DNA from: Monocercomonoides exilis PA203
Taxonomy: Eukaryota; Protista; Preaxostyla
Reading direction: 5' to 3'
DNA length: 64,000 nt
Assembly: GCA_001643675.2 (NCBI GenBank)
Contig: LSRY02000021.1
Location: 372,001-436,000, forward strand
A program made the position numbers and the translations under genes. Numbering within the stretch: the stretch's first letter is position 1; the number at the start of each line of letters is the position of its first letter. Shown here one piece after another: positions 23,702-36,400 of the stretch. A model generated the notes under the pieces. It searched no databases, was not told the DNA's origin, and worked only from the letters and a program-made list of their open reading frames with translations.

Positions 23702-26700
23702 TTAGAAGTTCAGTTCATCATTGGAATCGGAGTCATCGGCTTTATCTTCAAATTCATGAAAAGTCGAATTTTCGTTCTGAGGCTTTATGTCTTCAATTGT
23801 GATTGTCTCAAACTCATCTGGATCTGGCGGAACCACATTGTCCTCACTCCTGCTCTCTTCCTTTGTGTCCTGCTCTTCTTTTTCATTGACGTTCTTATTT
23901 TGTGTTTGCTTCCCTTCTTTCGATTCATTCGTTTCCTTTTCCTTCTTCTTGTTGTGCGACAAGACTGCTGCTTTAGCCTTCTCGTGCATCTCGCGAATTC
24001 TGCTCTGGAGGGACTCTTCTTCTTTGTGCGCCTCTTCCAACGCAGCCTCGCTCACTCCAAACTGATCCCTCAAATCGCCAAAAAGCTCATCTTTGATTGT
24101 TTCAGTTTAAAAACAAATAAATAAATAATAAATTATTTTGTTGCAGAGAAGAGATTATGCAAATAAAGATGTTAACAATCAATTTGAGAATAAAAACAAC
24201 AACAACAAGAAGTTAATTAAAGAAACATTGCAAATACTTACAATCATCACACCTTCCTTTGTTTCCTTCTGTGATGCGAATGAAGCAGCTGTGTTGAATG
24301 AGTTCATCGTGTCGAATTGCATCGAAGAGAGGAGCGGAGGCGCAAGCGAAGAAGGAAGAGGCCCAGCCAGATGCGCTGGAAGGCTGTACTGCTCTCGCCT
24401 GGCTGAGGCAAAAGGAGAGGTTATGATGGATGTTGGAGGAGTAGAAGAGGAAGAAGAAGAGGAGGAGGAAGAAGCTGAAGCTGAAGCAGAAGCTGAAGCT
24501 GAAGAAGAAGCAGATGAATGTGAAGAAGAAAGAGAAGACAGGTCAGATTCTGTCAGCGTGGCAGACGGCTTTGACGAGAAAGTGGCAGATGGAAGAGAAG
24601 CTTTGATGAATGGGCTTGTTGGCTTTGGTGACGATGCAGCAGAAGAAGTCTTCGAAACAGCTGGAGAAGAAGCAGACGAAGAAGCAAGCGAAGACGAGGA
24701 GAAAGAGTCAGACAACTTCTGTTTGGATGAAGAAGGCGAAGAATATGGTGAATGAGAATGAGAAGGAGAAGAAGAAGGAGAAGAAGACGATGGCGAAGAA
24801 TTCACTTTCTTCTCTGCAGCAGGAGAACCTGACATTGCTGTTGCTGCTCCATCAGCAACCGTTCCATCTGCATTCGACGAAAGCACATGAGGCTTCGGGG
24901 GAGTGATGACAATGGGCACCGCAGTGACAGTGCCTGGGTCCTCCAAGCCCGGCAGCGAGGCAGTCGATGCCGCAGACAGCGGAGCCAGCGGAGACTGGCT
25001 GCTCAGCTGCGCCTCGGCCGAGATGCCTTTCACCTGCGCCTCCACTTTCTGCACCCAACTTCGGATCTCAGCCAGCAGGCGTGACACGCCTTCCTCCCGC
25101 GCCTGACCCCGCTGCTGCGGCAGAAGCTGCACTAGCTCCATGGTCAGGTTGAAGTTGTTCATCAGCTTCGGAAACAGGATGCTCGCGTCGCTGAACAGCA
25201 CAGGGAAAAGATAGTCCAGCTCCTGCACTGTCAGCGGCTGCTCCGAATATCCTTCTGCTTTCTTCTCTTTTTCTCCTTCTGTGTCTGCAGAGGATGTGGT
25301 GGCAGTGTTTCCTTGTGATGGAGAACCCGATCCGTCTGCTTTGCCCTCGCTGCTCGGGACATCCAGCAGCTTGTTCACTTTCTCTGTCATCCGCTCGAAG
25401 AGACGCTCGCCGTCTTCTGTCTTGAAAAATGAGTGTTTTCTTCTCTTCTCTTTCTTCGGCGTGGCTTTCTCTTCCTTCGCTGCCTCGCTGCCCGAAGCGC
25501 GGCTTCCTTCTTTGCTGTCCAGTTCTTTGCTGTTTTTCATCCATGTTTTGCGAAGACGTCGCCGAGGAGAAATATCATCGGTTGCAGCAGATGGCGTGTA
25601 GCCCTCTTCTTTTTTCCCATTGCTTTTAGCATTTCCTCCTTCCTTCTTCTTCTCCTCTTCCTCATCCTCATTTTCGTCTTCGTTATCATCCTCATCCTCA
25701 TCTTCATCTTCATCTTCATCATCCTTGTCATTACTATCGCTTTCATTCAACCCAATCCCCGCAGCCGATGGCAGCTGCTCAAACGAGAACGACCCCACCG
25801 ACCCTGCAGACGGAGGCGGAGTGAACCTGGGGTTGTCGAAGCTGGCAACAATCGGCGGAAGAACTGTAATCTCCATTTCTCCGCTTGCTGCATCGTGATG
25901 GTGCAGATGCTGCCGCTTTTTCTCATTCTTCTCAGCTGCCGTCAGCTCTTGGTGGCTTTTAAATTCCTCATTCTTTCCTTCATCCTCTCGTTTTTCAATT
26001 TTCATGTCCTCTTTATTCTCTTTTTTTGACTCACTTGCGCTTTTACTGATTGCAACTCCTTGGCCGGTTTCAGCTTCCTGCTCGTTTGATCTGACTAAAA
26101 TCCCTGCGAATGGTGAAGAATCAGCAACTGATATAATACGATTGCCTTCGGTAGGTCGAATTTTGTTGGCTTGAGGAGTCGTTTTTGATGATTCTTCGCG
26201 AATTGATGACTTTGATCCCAAAGGCTGTTTTATCGAGGAATTTGATTCTCGAAGGGCTGTTGCTGAAGATTTAATCAGATATTTTGATGACTTATCTCGA
26301 AAAGACGTATCAATAACATCTTTTAATGGCTCCTCTCTTTTCGCTTTTCGCTTTCGCAAATCATCATTGAAAAGTTTCGGGTTTTGAATGTATTTTTCTT
26401 TATTTGAACCAGAAAAATTCTGATCAAATTTTGTCAGAGCAGCTTTTGTAAAAAATTCTAATATTTTATGTTGTTGTGCTTCAAATGATGGAAGGATACT
26501 GCATTGATAAGCTAATGTTGCAAGAATAGATCCATCTAATGAGGGAATTGTTTTTGCAAGTGATGCAATATCAGAAGTTAAAAATGGAAATGATTGCAAA
26601 GATGTTGGATTTTTTTCATAAGGATGCAGCTGAACAGGAGTGAGTAAATGAATGTCTTGCTCTTTTAATGACTGGTTTTGAAAATTCGCAACCTGAACTT

Positions 26701-26977
26701 GAACTTCCATTTCCTTTAATTTTCTTTGAAGTTCTTCTTTCTCCTTCCGCTCTTGTCTCAATAATGTCTCAGCTTCCGATAGCGCTACTTTTGTTTTATA
26801 AAATGACAATAGAATGGCTTGTTGACTTAAAGGTTTTTGAGATTGCTTTTTCAATTTTTTATCATTTTCATCATCCACTGAACTTGAAAAATTATCAAAT
26901 TGATTTCTCAAAAATTGAATTTCACTTCGTGAATCCATTGAATCTACATATTCTGAAAAATCTTTTATTTCTTGCAT
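23702..26977 (-). CDS. Hypothetical low-complexity protein (coiled coil, acidic and Ser-rich tracts), at least 2 exons
   Basis: The 932-aa ORF joins the 23702-24073 ORF through a phase-1 intron GTGTGA...CAAAG. No family motif recognised. Confidence 0.65.
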
Positions 26978-27686
26978 TTACGCACAAAAAATTTTCTGTT
27001 GATCAAAATACCACAACAGTTGAATTTTTTCTGTAAATCAAAATCAGAACTTTTGTTCATAACAATAAATTTTCATTCTTGTTAACAAGAAATAAAGCGT
27101 ATTTATCTCATAGAATGAAAAAGATAAATGAGTTTATTCCAGTGTCTTTTCAAATTTTTCTTGTTGTTGTTTTTTCAGTCCTTAAACACCATTTATTATT
27201 CAATTTTGATAAACTAATTATACAAAGTTGTTGAACGTTTTATTCAAAATTGGTCAACTAATTATTCGTAATTAATAAAATTGAGAATTTTTCAAAAAAA
27301 AATATTTTTTGTGAAAAATTTGTTTTTGGCTGAATGTTAGAAAGTGATAAAAATATTATATTTACTCAATATTCGAAATACAGATGAGAAATTGAACCTC
27401 AATTTTTATTATTTATGAATAAACATGAAATTTTCTGATTTTTCAAAAAAAAAAATCGTCATCATAAAAATCGGATAATTTTTAAATCTTTTCACCTTGC
27501 ATTGTTAGACTTTGCATTGCACAGTCATTATATGTTAATTACATATTTTCATAATATGAAATTTTTTTTTGAAAAATTCCTTTTTTTTAATTTTCAGGTG
27601 AAATTGAAAACCGAATATTTCCATCAAATTTTCATTCCAACTCACCAAATTTCACCAGCTTCGAAATAACAACTTTGCTCATCATA

Positions 27687-29712
27687 GGGTGGTTTTTTTA
27701 TCCGGACAAAAATTTTAATTATGAATTATTTCTTCCCACTTTTTGGATATTTTATCATATTTTTAATATATAAGGAAAAGTCAACAGTTTGAAATTAAGA
27801 TTAAATTACTATACCTAATCTCTGATGGGGGGGGAGATGGGGGGGTTAGCTCCTCCATCTCTGGATTAGTGCCTCCCCTGAGGAGATTAGGTAATAGCAA
27901 GGGGTATTACTAAGTTAGAATTTAATTGAAAATTTTTTTTTGATTTTTTTTCATTACAAAATAATTTTTTTTTAAAAAAAAAAAAATAAGATCATAACCA
28001 TTACTTTATTTGTTTGAGCGCAGTGAAACAAAGAAAAAAAAATGGTATGACGAAATTGAGAGATTTCATGAAATCTTTCCAGTATCGTCAATTCAAAAAT
28101 CGATTCGTTCGTATTGCGACAATAATTGCTGATGGAAAATGAAGAGAAACCGTAGCTATTAATCTAAAGGAATTCTCTCGTTTATCGATAAACCGATCCG
28201 TAACTACTGTTGAAAAGGGTTGAACCGTGGGAAAAGTCTGTCGACGAGAGCTTTATACAAAAGACAACAAAGAAGCAATATCCGGAGTTATCAGAATTGA
28301 AAGCATGACAGGAGGAAGTTATTCTGTAACTCAAACAAAACGATTGGTTTGTATTTGATGCTTTTTCTTATCTGTATTTATAATAAATTATAATTAAAGA
28401 TGGAATCAGTGCTAACTGATAGAAAAATTCGAAGTGAAGAAGAAGAAGAAGATCAAGAAGTCAAAATTTCCAAATAAACTCCTTATTCCTTTGAAAAACG
28501 AAATCCATATCTGAAGAAATCTATTCCTCATAACGTTGATATTCAACGATTATCGGTATCAAACAAACAGTCTCTTCAACCTTTCTTCTCTCTTCTGCAA
28601 TCACTTCATGATTCTCACAAATACTCTCCTTCTCTCATCTTCAACACCGACGAATCCTCTTTGCGCCTTTCCGACACCACAAAACAACTAGCCGTTCATC
28701 CTTCAGATGTTCCAGTCGGGTTTTCCAAGACACCAATCAACATGCCAAACTCAACTCTTGTGGTTGCAGTTGCAGCTGATGGTTATTCTTTACCAAGCCT
28801 TGTTCTTTGGCCATCTAAAAAACTTCCACAAGAAATGAAGGTCTTGCTCAGCCCGCAGCTTCACGCCTGGGCAGACAATGATGGATGGATGACAGATGCA
28901 TTGTTTGCTCGCTATGCTGAAGAGATACTACTGCCTGGAATAGTTGAAAGAAGAAAATTGTTAGACATGAATGAAGATAGATGCTTGCTTCTCTTGGATT
29001 CTCATCCTTCAAGAGCACAGCCAGATCTGTGACAAAAATTTGCAGATGAATCAATTGACGTTGTTACATTTATTCCACACATTACTCATCTCACACAGCC
29101 ACTTGACTGCGGAGTTTTTGCTGTGTTTAAAAGATGTTTCAATTCAAACTATGTTGTTCCATCTTCTTCTTCGATCGCACTCAGACGAAAAGCAGTTGCA
29201 AATGCCTTGCCACAGGCTTTGCAAACTGCATTGCTACCTTCAACAATTCACTCTGCATTTGAAAAGAGCGGCGTGTTGTCTGGGCAGTCCAATTCTGTAT
29301 TGATGAAGTTACCTGACACTCCTTCTGTTCAGCTGAAAAAAAAATCCCATCGTTTCAATTTCCATGGAAAAAATATATCCGACCAAGCATTTTTAGATGA
29401 ATGGAAAGCATACAAAAAGATGAAAGAGGAAAAGAATATTGATGATTCTACAGAAGAAAAAATTGAAAAAGATTTGTTTTCTGAAGAGAAGCCGAAAAAA
29501 AGAAAACTTTCGAAATCCCAAATTTTAAAAGATGATGATTTAGAAGATGATAATGAACAAAGAAATACCAGAAAAATTATTAAAAGAGAATTGATGGATT
29601 ATATTTATTATTGATTGTTGCATTTTTTCGAAAATTTCAACAAGCGATTTATAAAAAAATATTTATTTTTTTATCAAAAAATAAAAATTATGTCCGGATA
29701 AAAAAATCACCC
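27687..29712 (+). mobile_element. Decayed pogo/Fot-like DNA transposon (second subfamily)
   Basis: Putative TIR GGGTG(G/A)TTTTTTTATCCGGACA, flanked by TA at 27685-86 and 29713-14. Contains a transposase pseudogene. Confidence 0.8.
28027..29614 (+). pseudogene. DD35D transposase pseudogene with one intron and four in-frame stops
   Basis: Motifs IFNTDES, LLLDSH and FIPHITHLTQPLD with 35-residue D-D spacing. Stops TGA, TGA, TAA, TGA (last at 29030). Intron GTTTGT...TAAAG at ~28347-28399. Confidence 0.9.
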
Positions 29713-30349
29713 TATGATGAGCAAAGTTGTTATTTCGAAGCTGGTGAAATTTGGTGAGTTGGAATGAAAATTTGATGGAAATATTCGGTTTTCAATTTCA
29801 CCTGAAAATTAAAAAAAAGGAATTTTTCAAAAAAAAATTTCATATTATGAAAATATGTAATTAACATATAATGACTGTGCAATGCAAAGTCTAACAATGC
29901 AAGGTGAAAAGATTTAAAAATTATCCGATTTTTATGATGACGATTTTTTTTTTGAAAAATCAGAAAATTTCATGTTTATTCATAAATAATAAAAATTGAG
30001 GTTCAATTTCTCATCTGTATTTCGAATATTGAGTAAATATAATATTTTTATCACTTTCTAACATTCAGCCAAAAACAAATTTTTCACAAAAAATATTTTT
30101 TTTTGAAAAATTCTCAATTTTATTAATTACGAATAATTAGTTGACCAATTTTGAATAAAACGTTCAACAACTTTGTATAATTAGTTTATCAAAATTGAAT
30201 AATAAATGGTGTCTTTCTGTGAAGGAATAAAAAGTTTGAAATTGTTAGTAACGTTTAATCAAGCATTGATTGTGGGAAAAAAAATAGATAGATAGATAGA
30301 TAGATTATTAGAAAGAAAGAAAGGAAGAAAGAAAAAGAAAATTTGTCAC

Positions 30350-31198
30350 ACGAATAGTCAATGAACTCTCTTTTGATTATTTTTTTAGAAATTATCTTTT
30401 TTTTTCTTTCATCTCCAGAATTTTCACCAAAAAATATTTTTTTTTCGAGGAATTTTCCTTTTCTTTGGTTTTTCATCTTCAAACAATTTTTTTTACCAGT
30501 TTTTTTCATAATCATTATTTTCTTTTTCTCTTCTTTCATTTTCTTATGATTTCTCCATTCATCCAAAAAATTTAGGTCAGTTTGCATTTTCCTATGAAAA
30601 TCAATTCTGCGGTTCCTTTTCTTCAATGAATAAGAAAGCTCATCAAGTGACGAAGAAAGAGCAGCATGCCATTGGTTTGACAATGCTCCACATTTTGAGA
30701 ACGAAAAAAACTTTTCTTTCAAACAATAAAGTGGTTTCCAGAGCCTGGGGAAAAGCATCTGTAATTGCTCCACTTTGAAGAAAAGATGTATTTCATGTTG
30801 AAAAATTTTTTGAAAACCACAAAGGGTCAACGATTAAGTGACTAAGTTAGATGTTCGCTGTTGGGGATGAAAGAAACCACCTCGATAGAAATATCAGCGA
30901 ATTCTCACAAAATGTTGGACTGCGCTCTCAATGAATGAGAATCCAGCAGAAGAAGGTTTCTTTCGACATCTTTGTTCTATAGAGTTTGTCTTTCCATACT
31001 TCCTATAAGGAGAACATCTTCTGTGCATCTTTTAAATATTGCGTTGATCATCTAGCCATCATTGTCTTCCCTAATATTAATTGCAAAAATGGGCATCACA
31101 CGTTGTTCGGCTGGAATCTTCTGAAAAGGCCATAAAACGAAGCTTTTCCAAGATCATCCATCTGAAGCAGGTGCAATACACAACGTGGCTTTTGGCAT
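30350..31198 (-). pseudogene. Heavily decayed transposase fragment related to 28027-29614
   Basis: MPKATLCIAPASDG*...VLWP...DNDG*M...LLLLDSHSLRAQS...FADISIEVVSFIP...LDEWRNHKKMKEEK...KIIKREFIDY aligns by eye to the neighbouring copy. Confidence 0.85.
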
Positions 31199-31877
31199 AT
31201 GTGTTATTATTAATGAAATCATAAAATTTTTCGGAGTGTTGATTTATTTAAGGTTGTTAATTATTGTATAGAGATTTTGTATTTATGTGATCAATTTCTT
31301 TCAATTGTTTTCAAAACAAATGATTCTGCACAAATAATGAAAAAGATGTCTTTTGCAAGCTATTTCATTTTTCAATAATATTTTTTTCATGTTATTCAAG
31401 TGAAATTTACAAACTGAAATTTCTGAATGAAAAAATATGATTTCAAAAATAATCACCCATATTCATAAGTGTCTTTTTGAATCAAGCAGGAGTTTCAAAA
31501 GGATGGACAATAAGCTATTTCGCGAAATCTGAAACACGAGGTGAGTGTTCAAATGAATTTAAAATTAATGAAGAAGAATAACTGCTTTATTATGAAGGTC
31601 TTGAAGAAGCTCATAAAAAGGTTAGAAAGTCTGTTTTCTTGACACAGCTAATTTGTGAATGTCAACGTTTCGTGGAAGAGATATTTTGATGTGTTAATTC
31701 CTTTTGAAAAAGGAATAAAATGGAGATTAAATTATTTTGGCTTCGTCTTTTTTCTTCATCAAATAGATTTTTTAATATTTCATAAATAACAGATTTTATC
31801 TTTATTTTGTTATCAATTGAACAATGTTTGTTGATGAAAGAAAAATCAATCCAATTGTTTAATTTGAGAAATAACAA

Positions 31878-33378
31878 GGCATATGGAACTTATACTCCAC
31901 CTTGTCAAATAAAAGTTAAAACTTTTGATTAAATGTTAAAGGCACATTTGAAAAGATAATTCAATCGTTAATTAGAGGAAAAATCAGATTTTGTGGAAAA
32001 AAATTATTGATTAACCCAAAAAAACACAAAATATTAGTGCACAAAATTGTCAGAGTTTTTATTGATGAGTATATATATTACACCAAAAACATTAACGAAT
32101 GTTAAATATTTAATCATTTGACGGAGGAAAAACAGTATTTATTGAAGATTTTTTGCGATAATGGAGAAACCATACAATGGCTTCACGAAAATGTGATTAA
32201 CACTGTCAGAAAATGCCCAATAGCAACTTGTCGTTCATAAATGATTTTAATAAGAGGAAGCGAAGGAAAATGGTTCTTCAGGTGCCGCAAATGCCGAAAA
32301 GAAGTCTCTTATAAAACAGGAACTCCGTTTTCAAAATCTAAGCTTTCAATTAAAAAACTTATTCTGATCCTTTCCTTCTTTTTCAATCATCTCAATATAA
32401 AGCAAACATCATCTCCAACATCATGTGAAAGACACAGTATTATTTATTATTATTGCATTTGTCGGAGAACATGCGATCAGATGATAGAAGGAATCCAAAC
32501 TCCCACAGGAGGCCCTGGCCGCATTGTGGAAATTGATGAAGCCATTTGGAGAAAGCGAAAATGAAAAAGAGATAATTATTCTTTTTCTTTGAAACTTGAT
32601 TATTAAATGCAATTTTTTCGTCAGGCAGCGCGAAGAAGCAAATATGGATTTTTGGAGCACTTAAACGTGGAGGAAAAGCATTTGTTTACCCAGTGGTAAA
32701 CAGATCTGCTTCAGTGTTAATTCCGATAATAAAAAAATATATTCGTCCCGGAACAGAAATTCACTCTGATCAACGGCAAGCATATTTTTCTTTAAGTGAG
32801 AATGGATTCACACACAAGACTGTCAATCATTCCGAGCATTTTGTGGGTTTTCTTTTCTTTTTTTATTGTCTTTTTTCATGAAATGTTATTTTGCACTTAT
32901 TCAGATCCAATCACAGGCGCTTGCACAAATCATATTGAAGCATTGTGGGATGCACTTTGAAAGTTCCTGCCTTCACATGGAGTGAGAATTAATAGAATGC
33001 TTGAATTTATCTATTCATTTTTGCTTTTCAGAAATCGAAAAGTTGATTTTTCCCTTTTTGTGTCGAATGTTGTGAAATACAGTGATGAAAAATTCAAAGC
33101 TCTTGAGGATAAAGCTTTTGGACCGGATGAAGAAAATGAAGAGGTTGGAGCTGAAATGCTTCACAAAGAAGAATCTTCAGAATCCGATTATGAACTCGAA
33201 ACAGATACATCATCAGATGGGACTGGGGATGGAGCTGATGCATCTGAATGGGAGGCTGATATAAAAATACCTGTTTTTCCACATATCATTCTTCGAAAAA
33301 TTAAAAACCAACAAGCTTTCTTTGATTAGTTCGTTGTTTAATAAAGATTTGTGAGGTGGCTTATAAGTACCATTTGCC
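31878..33378 (+). mobile_element. Merlin (IS1016/ISXO2-like) DNA transposon, decayed
   Basis: Imperfect TIRs GGCATATGGAACTTATACTCCACCT vs reverse complement GGCAAATGGTACTTATAAGCCACCT. No TSD visible. Confidence 0.85.
32150..33329 (+). pseudogene. Merlin/ISXO2-type transposase pseudogene with two introns
   Basis: Zn finger CPIATC...CRKC, then GPGRIVEIDEA, WIFGALKRG, PGTEIHSD and HKTVNHSEHFV/DPITGACTNHIEALW. In-frame stops and one apparently mutated splice donor. Confidence 0.9.
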
Positions 33379-33457
33379 CCACATGTCATCGAAAGAACAT
33401 TGCAACGTGCTATTCAAACGAAAACATAATTATGAATGAATACACCCATATTAACTC

Positions 33458-36400
33458 ATGCCAACATTAACAAAATTGAAGTTTTCCAATATATTTTTCT
33501 TTTTTGTTGGAATACTCCAATTCTTGGAATGTAACAATTCACATAATTTAACCAGGAATGAAAGGATTGGGATAAGTTCACTTTTTATTCATGCTTCAAT
33601 AGAACAGAACCTGTTCGAAAAAAACCAATTTATGCGTGAAAAGTGCTCAGATAGAAGCCAGATCACTCACTCAGAAGGAATAAACATAAACGTTGTGCCT
33701 TGCCAGACTTGTGTTGTTTCGCATCTTGCTTCATTCAATTCGACAATAAGTGTTTTTTGTATTCAATTCAGTTGCGAGTTGGAAAAAGCAGTTGTATCAT
33801 TGTTTGGGAAATCAGCGTTTTTTGTGAGCAACTGTATATTATCTTCGCCGAAACAATTTCGAAATGGGCTTATTCATTCGTACGAGGCAAACATTTGCAT
33901 TTGCAATTTATCTTTGGTTCAGTCTCATTCGAGCGTTTTTCTTCCTTCATTGATTTCATTTCCACCAACAAACATAGTTAGAGAACATCAAAGTTGCATC
34001 GAAATCAGGGACACTTCGCTTTCGTCTTTTTCCCTGTTCAATTCGAATCCACTTATCCAATCATCGATGAACAACATCATAACGATTCAATCCAGCTCCT
34101 TTCAAAACATTTCACAACAACAGCCCAAAAGCAACATATTTGTCGAACATAATGCATCATTCACCATGTCATCCTGCATTGTTTCAACCGTTTCCAACCC
34201 AACAGAAGGCTGTATTGTTCCAAAAGTGTCAGGCGGGTCGCTTAATCTTTTAAATTCTACATTTGTGAGGTGCTCCAAAACTATTGGTTCGAAAATAAAC
34301 CACACAACAACAGAGGACATACTCGTAGACAATTGTTTGTATGAGAACGTTCGTGGTGTAATCATAACCCACAATTCAACAGGCTCTGCAATTATCAAAA
34401 ACACGGACTTCAGAAATTCGACAAATTGCCAATGCATATGGGCTATTAGTTATCAATTTTTTAAATCGATAAATAACGCATTCAATTCGGTTAGAACAAC
34501 AAGCTACGCATCGTGCATTCATCCTTGCCAAGGGAATGGACCTTTGACGATCCAGAACAATAACATGACAAATTGTGAGTCAAAATGGGGAGGTGGTTGC
34601 TTTCATATTCATACAGGATTTTCAAACGCTGATCTTATTTCGGATTGCACATTTAGTAATTGCTATACCACTGAAACTTCAACACAATGTAATGGAGGAG
34701 GGGCAGTTTGGAATGGTGAGGGAGCAAAAGTTTCATATTCAAATGTTGCATTTGAAAACTGTTGTGCAAATGCAACTTATGGTGGAGCCATCAGCTTTGC
34801 TTCGAGAGAAACTGCTTATACTCATTACAGTTCACTTTTTTATTGCTTGTTTATTGAATGCGATGCGTTTGGAGATGGCAAAGATATTTATGCAGCAAAT
34901 CCATGGCAGAATATATTGAATGAGAGTCAATTTGTTCTCTGTTGTACAAATAAGCATTTGGAAGCCAATCGTCTGGTTTTTGCAGAGAAAGGGGATAAAA
35001 GCAGTTGGATTGGAAATCTTGGGAACATTTACGCAGACGTCCATGGGACAGATACTTTGGGATGTGGATGGGCAAAGTTTCCATGCTTGACGATATTCAA
35101 CTCTGTTGAGATTGCTGTTGTAGCGAGCAAAGGCAGTCCAGTGTTCATAAATATAGCAGCAGGTTCATACGTGGAACGAGCACTTGCGATAGATTCAAAA
35201 TGCCTTTCGTTTGAAGGATCAAGCAATTTTGGAACTGAATTGAGTGCCAGCTCTTCAAATAGCAAAGCTCTTTTCCAAATATCAACTGGATGCGCCACTC
35301 TGTTTGACTTGTTCATCATCAGAAACTCTTCTGCATCGACTTTTCTGCCTTTATTCTCCGTTTCTTCTGCATCTGGAGAGCTTGTGCTCAGCTCGTGCAA
35401 AATATCATCCGAACCATCACAAATTACTCCATTTGCAACAGCATTTGCATCCATTTCAGCTGGCCACTTAAACATGTCAAAAACAACTGTTGAATCCATG
35501 ATGTTTTCTGATGTATCTGCTCTCCGGATTGAGTCATCGACACTGCATTGTTTCACTTTTGAGAATACCACTTTCAGAGGCATCACGAGAAATGAAGGAA
35601 GCGGATCAGTTTTTGATGTGACTTTAACTTCTGGTGATGAATTGAATCTGAATGATCTGAATTTCGAAAGGTGTGCATGTAGTAAAGGGAATGGAGGATC
35701 TTTGAATTGCATTCTGGAAGCTGGTGGAAAAGTGACAATCGGTTCCACAAAAAGAATTGAAATGGAGGGATGCACAGTGCCACAGGACAGAATCAACAAA
35801 GGAAAAGGAGGAGGAATTCATCTGCAGTTGACGGGGAGCTCATCAGACTTTGCAATACAAGAGACATCATTTTATGGATGTGCTGCTTGGAAAGGAAACA
35901 ACGTATTTGTTGATGCTATTTCGTTGAGCTCAACAATAACGAGAGGCACTTTCAGGTTCACACAAACAGGGATGAGTGACGATGATCTGATGGGATTTGA
36001 AGATCAGTGCAGAACAGATCCGGTTCCACTTCTGGCATATCTTCAAGCATTTACAGGAACAGCGGTTGTTGGAGGATCCAAGAGCAGAGATTTCTCAGGT
36101 TGCGGCACAGCCAATTATCCATGTGGAAGTATTGAATATGCAGCAACGCTTCGCTTTCCCAGAAGCAAAAGAGTTGTCGCATTGAATCAGAACTTTGAAT
36201 GGACTGAAGTTCTTGTTTTTGATGTTTATGAGTGGGAGGTGAAAAGTCCCACGAGAGGGCAAGAAACAAAAGTGTCGAGTGAAGGCACGAGCACAGCCGA
36301 AGGAATGGTGACTGTTGAGATTGAATCGCTCATTGCGAACCTGACTTTTTCAGCTGCCGATCAGCTTGGGAGGCATTCTTGCTTCATATTGTGCCAGTGT

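Larger units (their letters stand above)
27186..30212. repeat. Long inverted repeat: arms 27186-27708 and 29691-30212
   Basis: Arms are reverse complements. The only differences seen are one homopolymer length and one substitution in the innermost 22 bp. Confidence 0.95.

Noticed and set aside
28027-29614. UGA read-through (selenocysteine or alternative code) rescuing the transposase, prompted by the SECIS-like GA quartet upstream
   Set aside because: One stop is TAA, at least two TGAs are explained by single substitutions from CGA/TGG, the hairpin is 5' of the gene and lacks an apical AAR, and host genes here use TGA as a stop (e.g. TPK1).
31480-31700. Possible decayed coding fragment between the pogo remnant and Merlin
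   Set aside because: Short, interrupted by stops, and no recognisable homology by eye.
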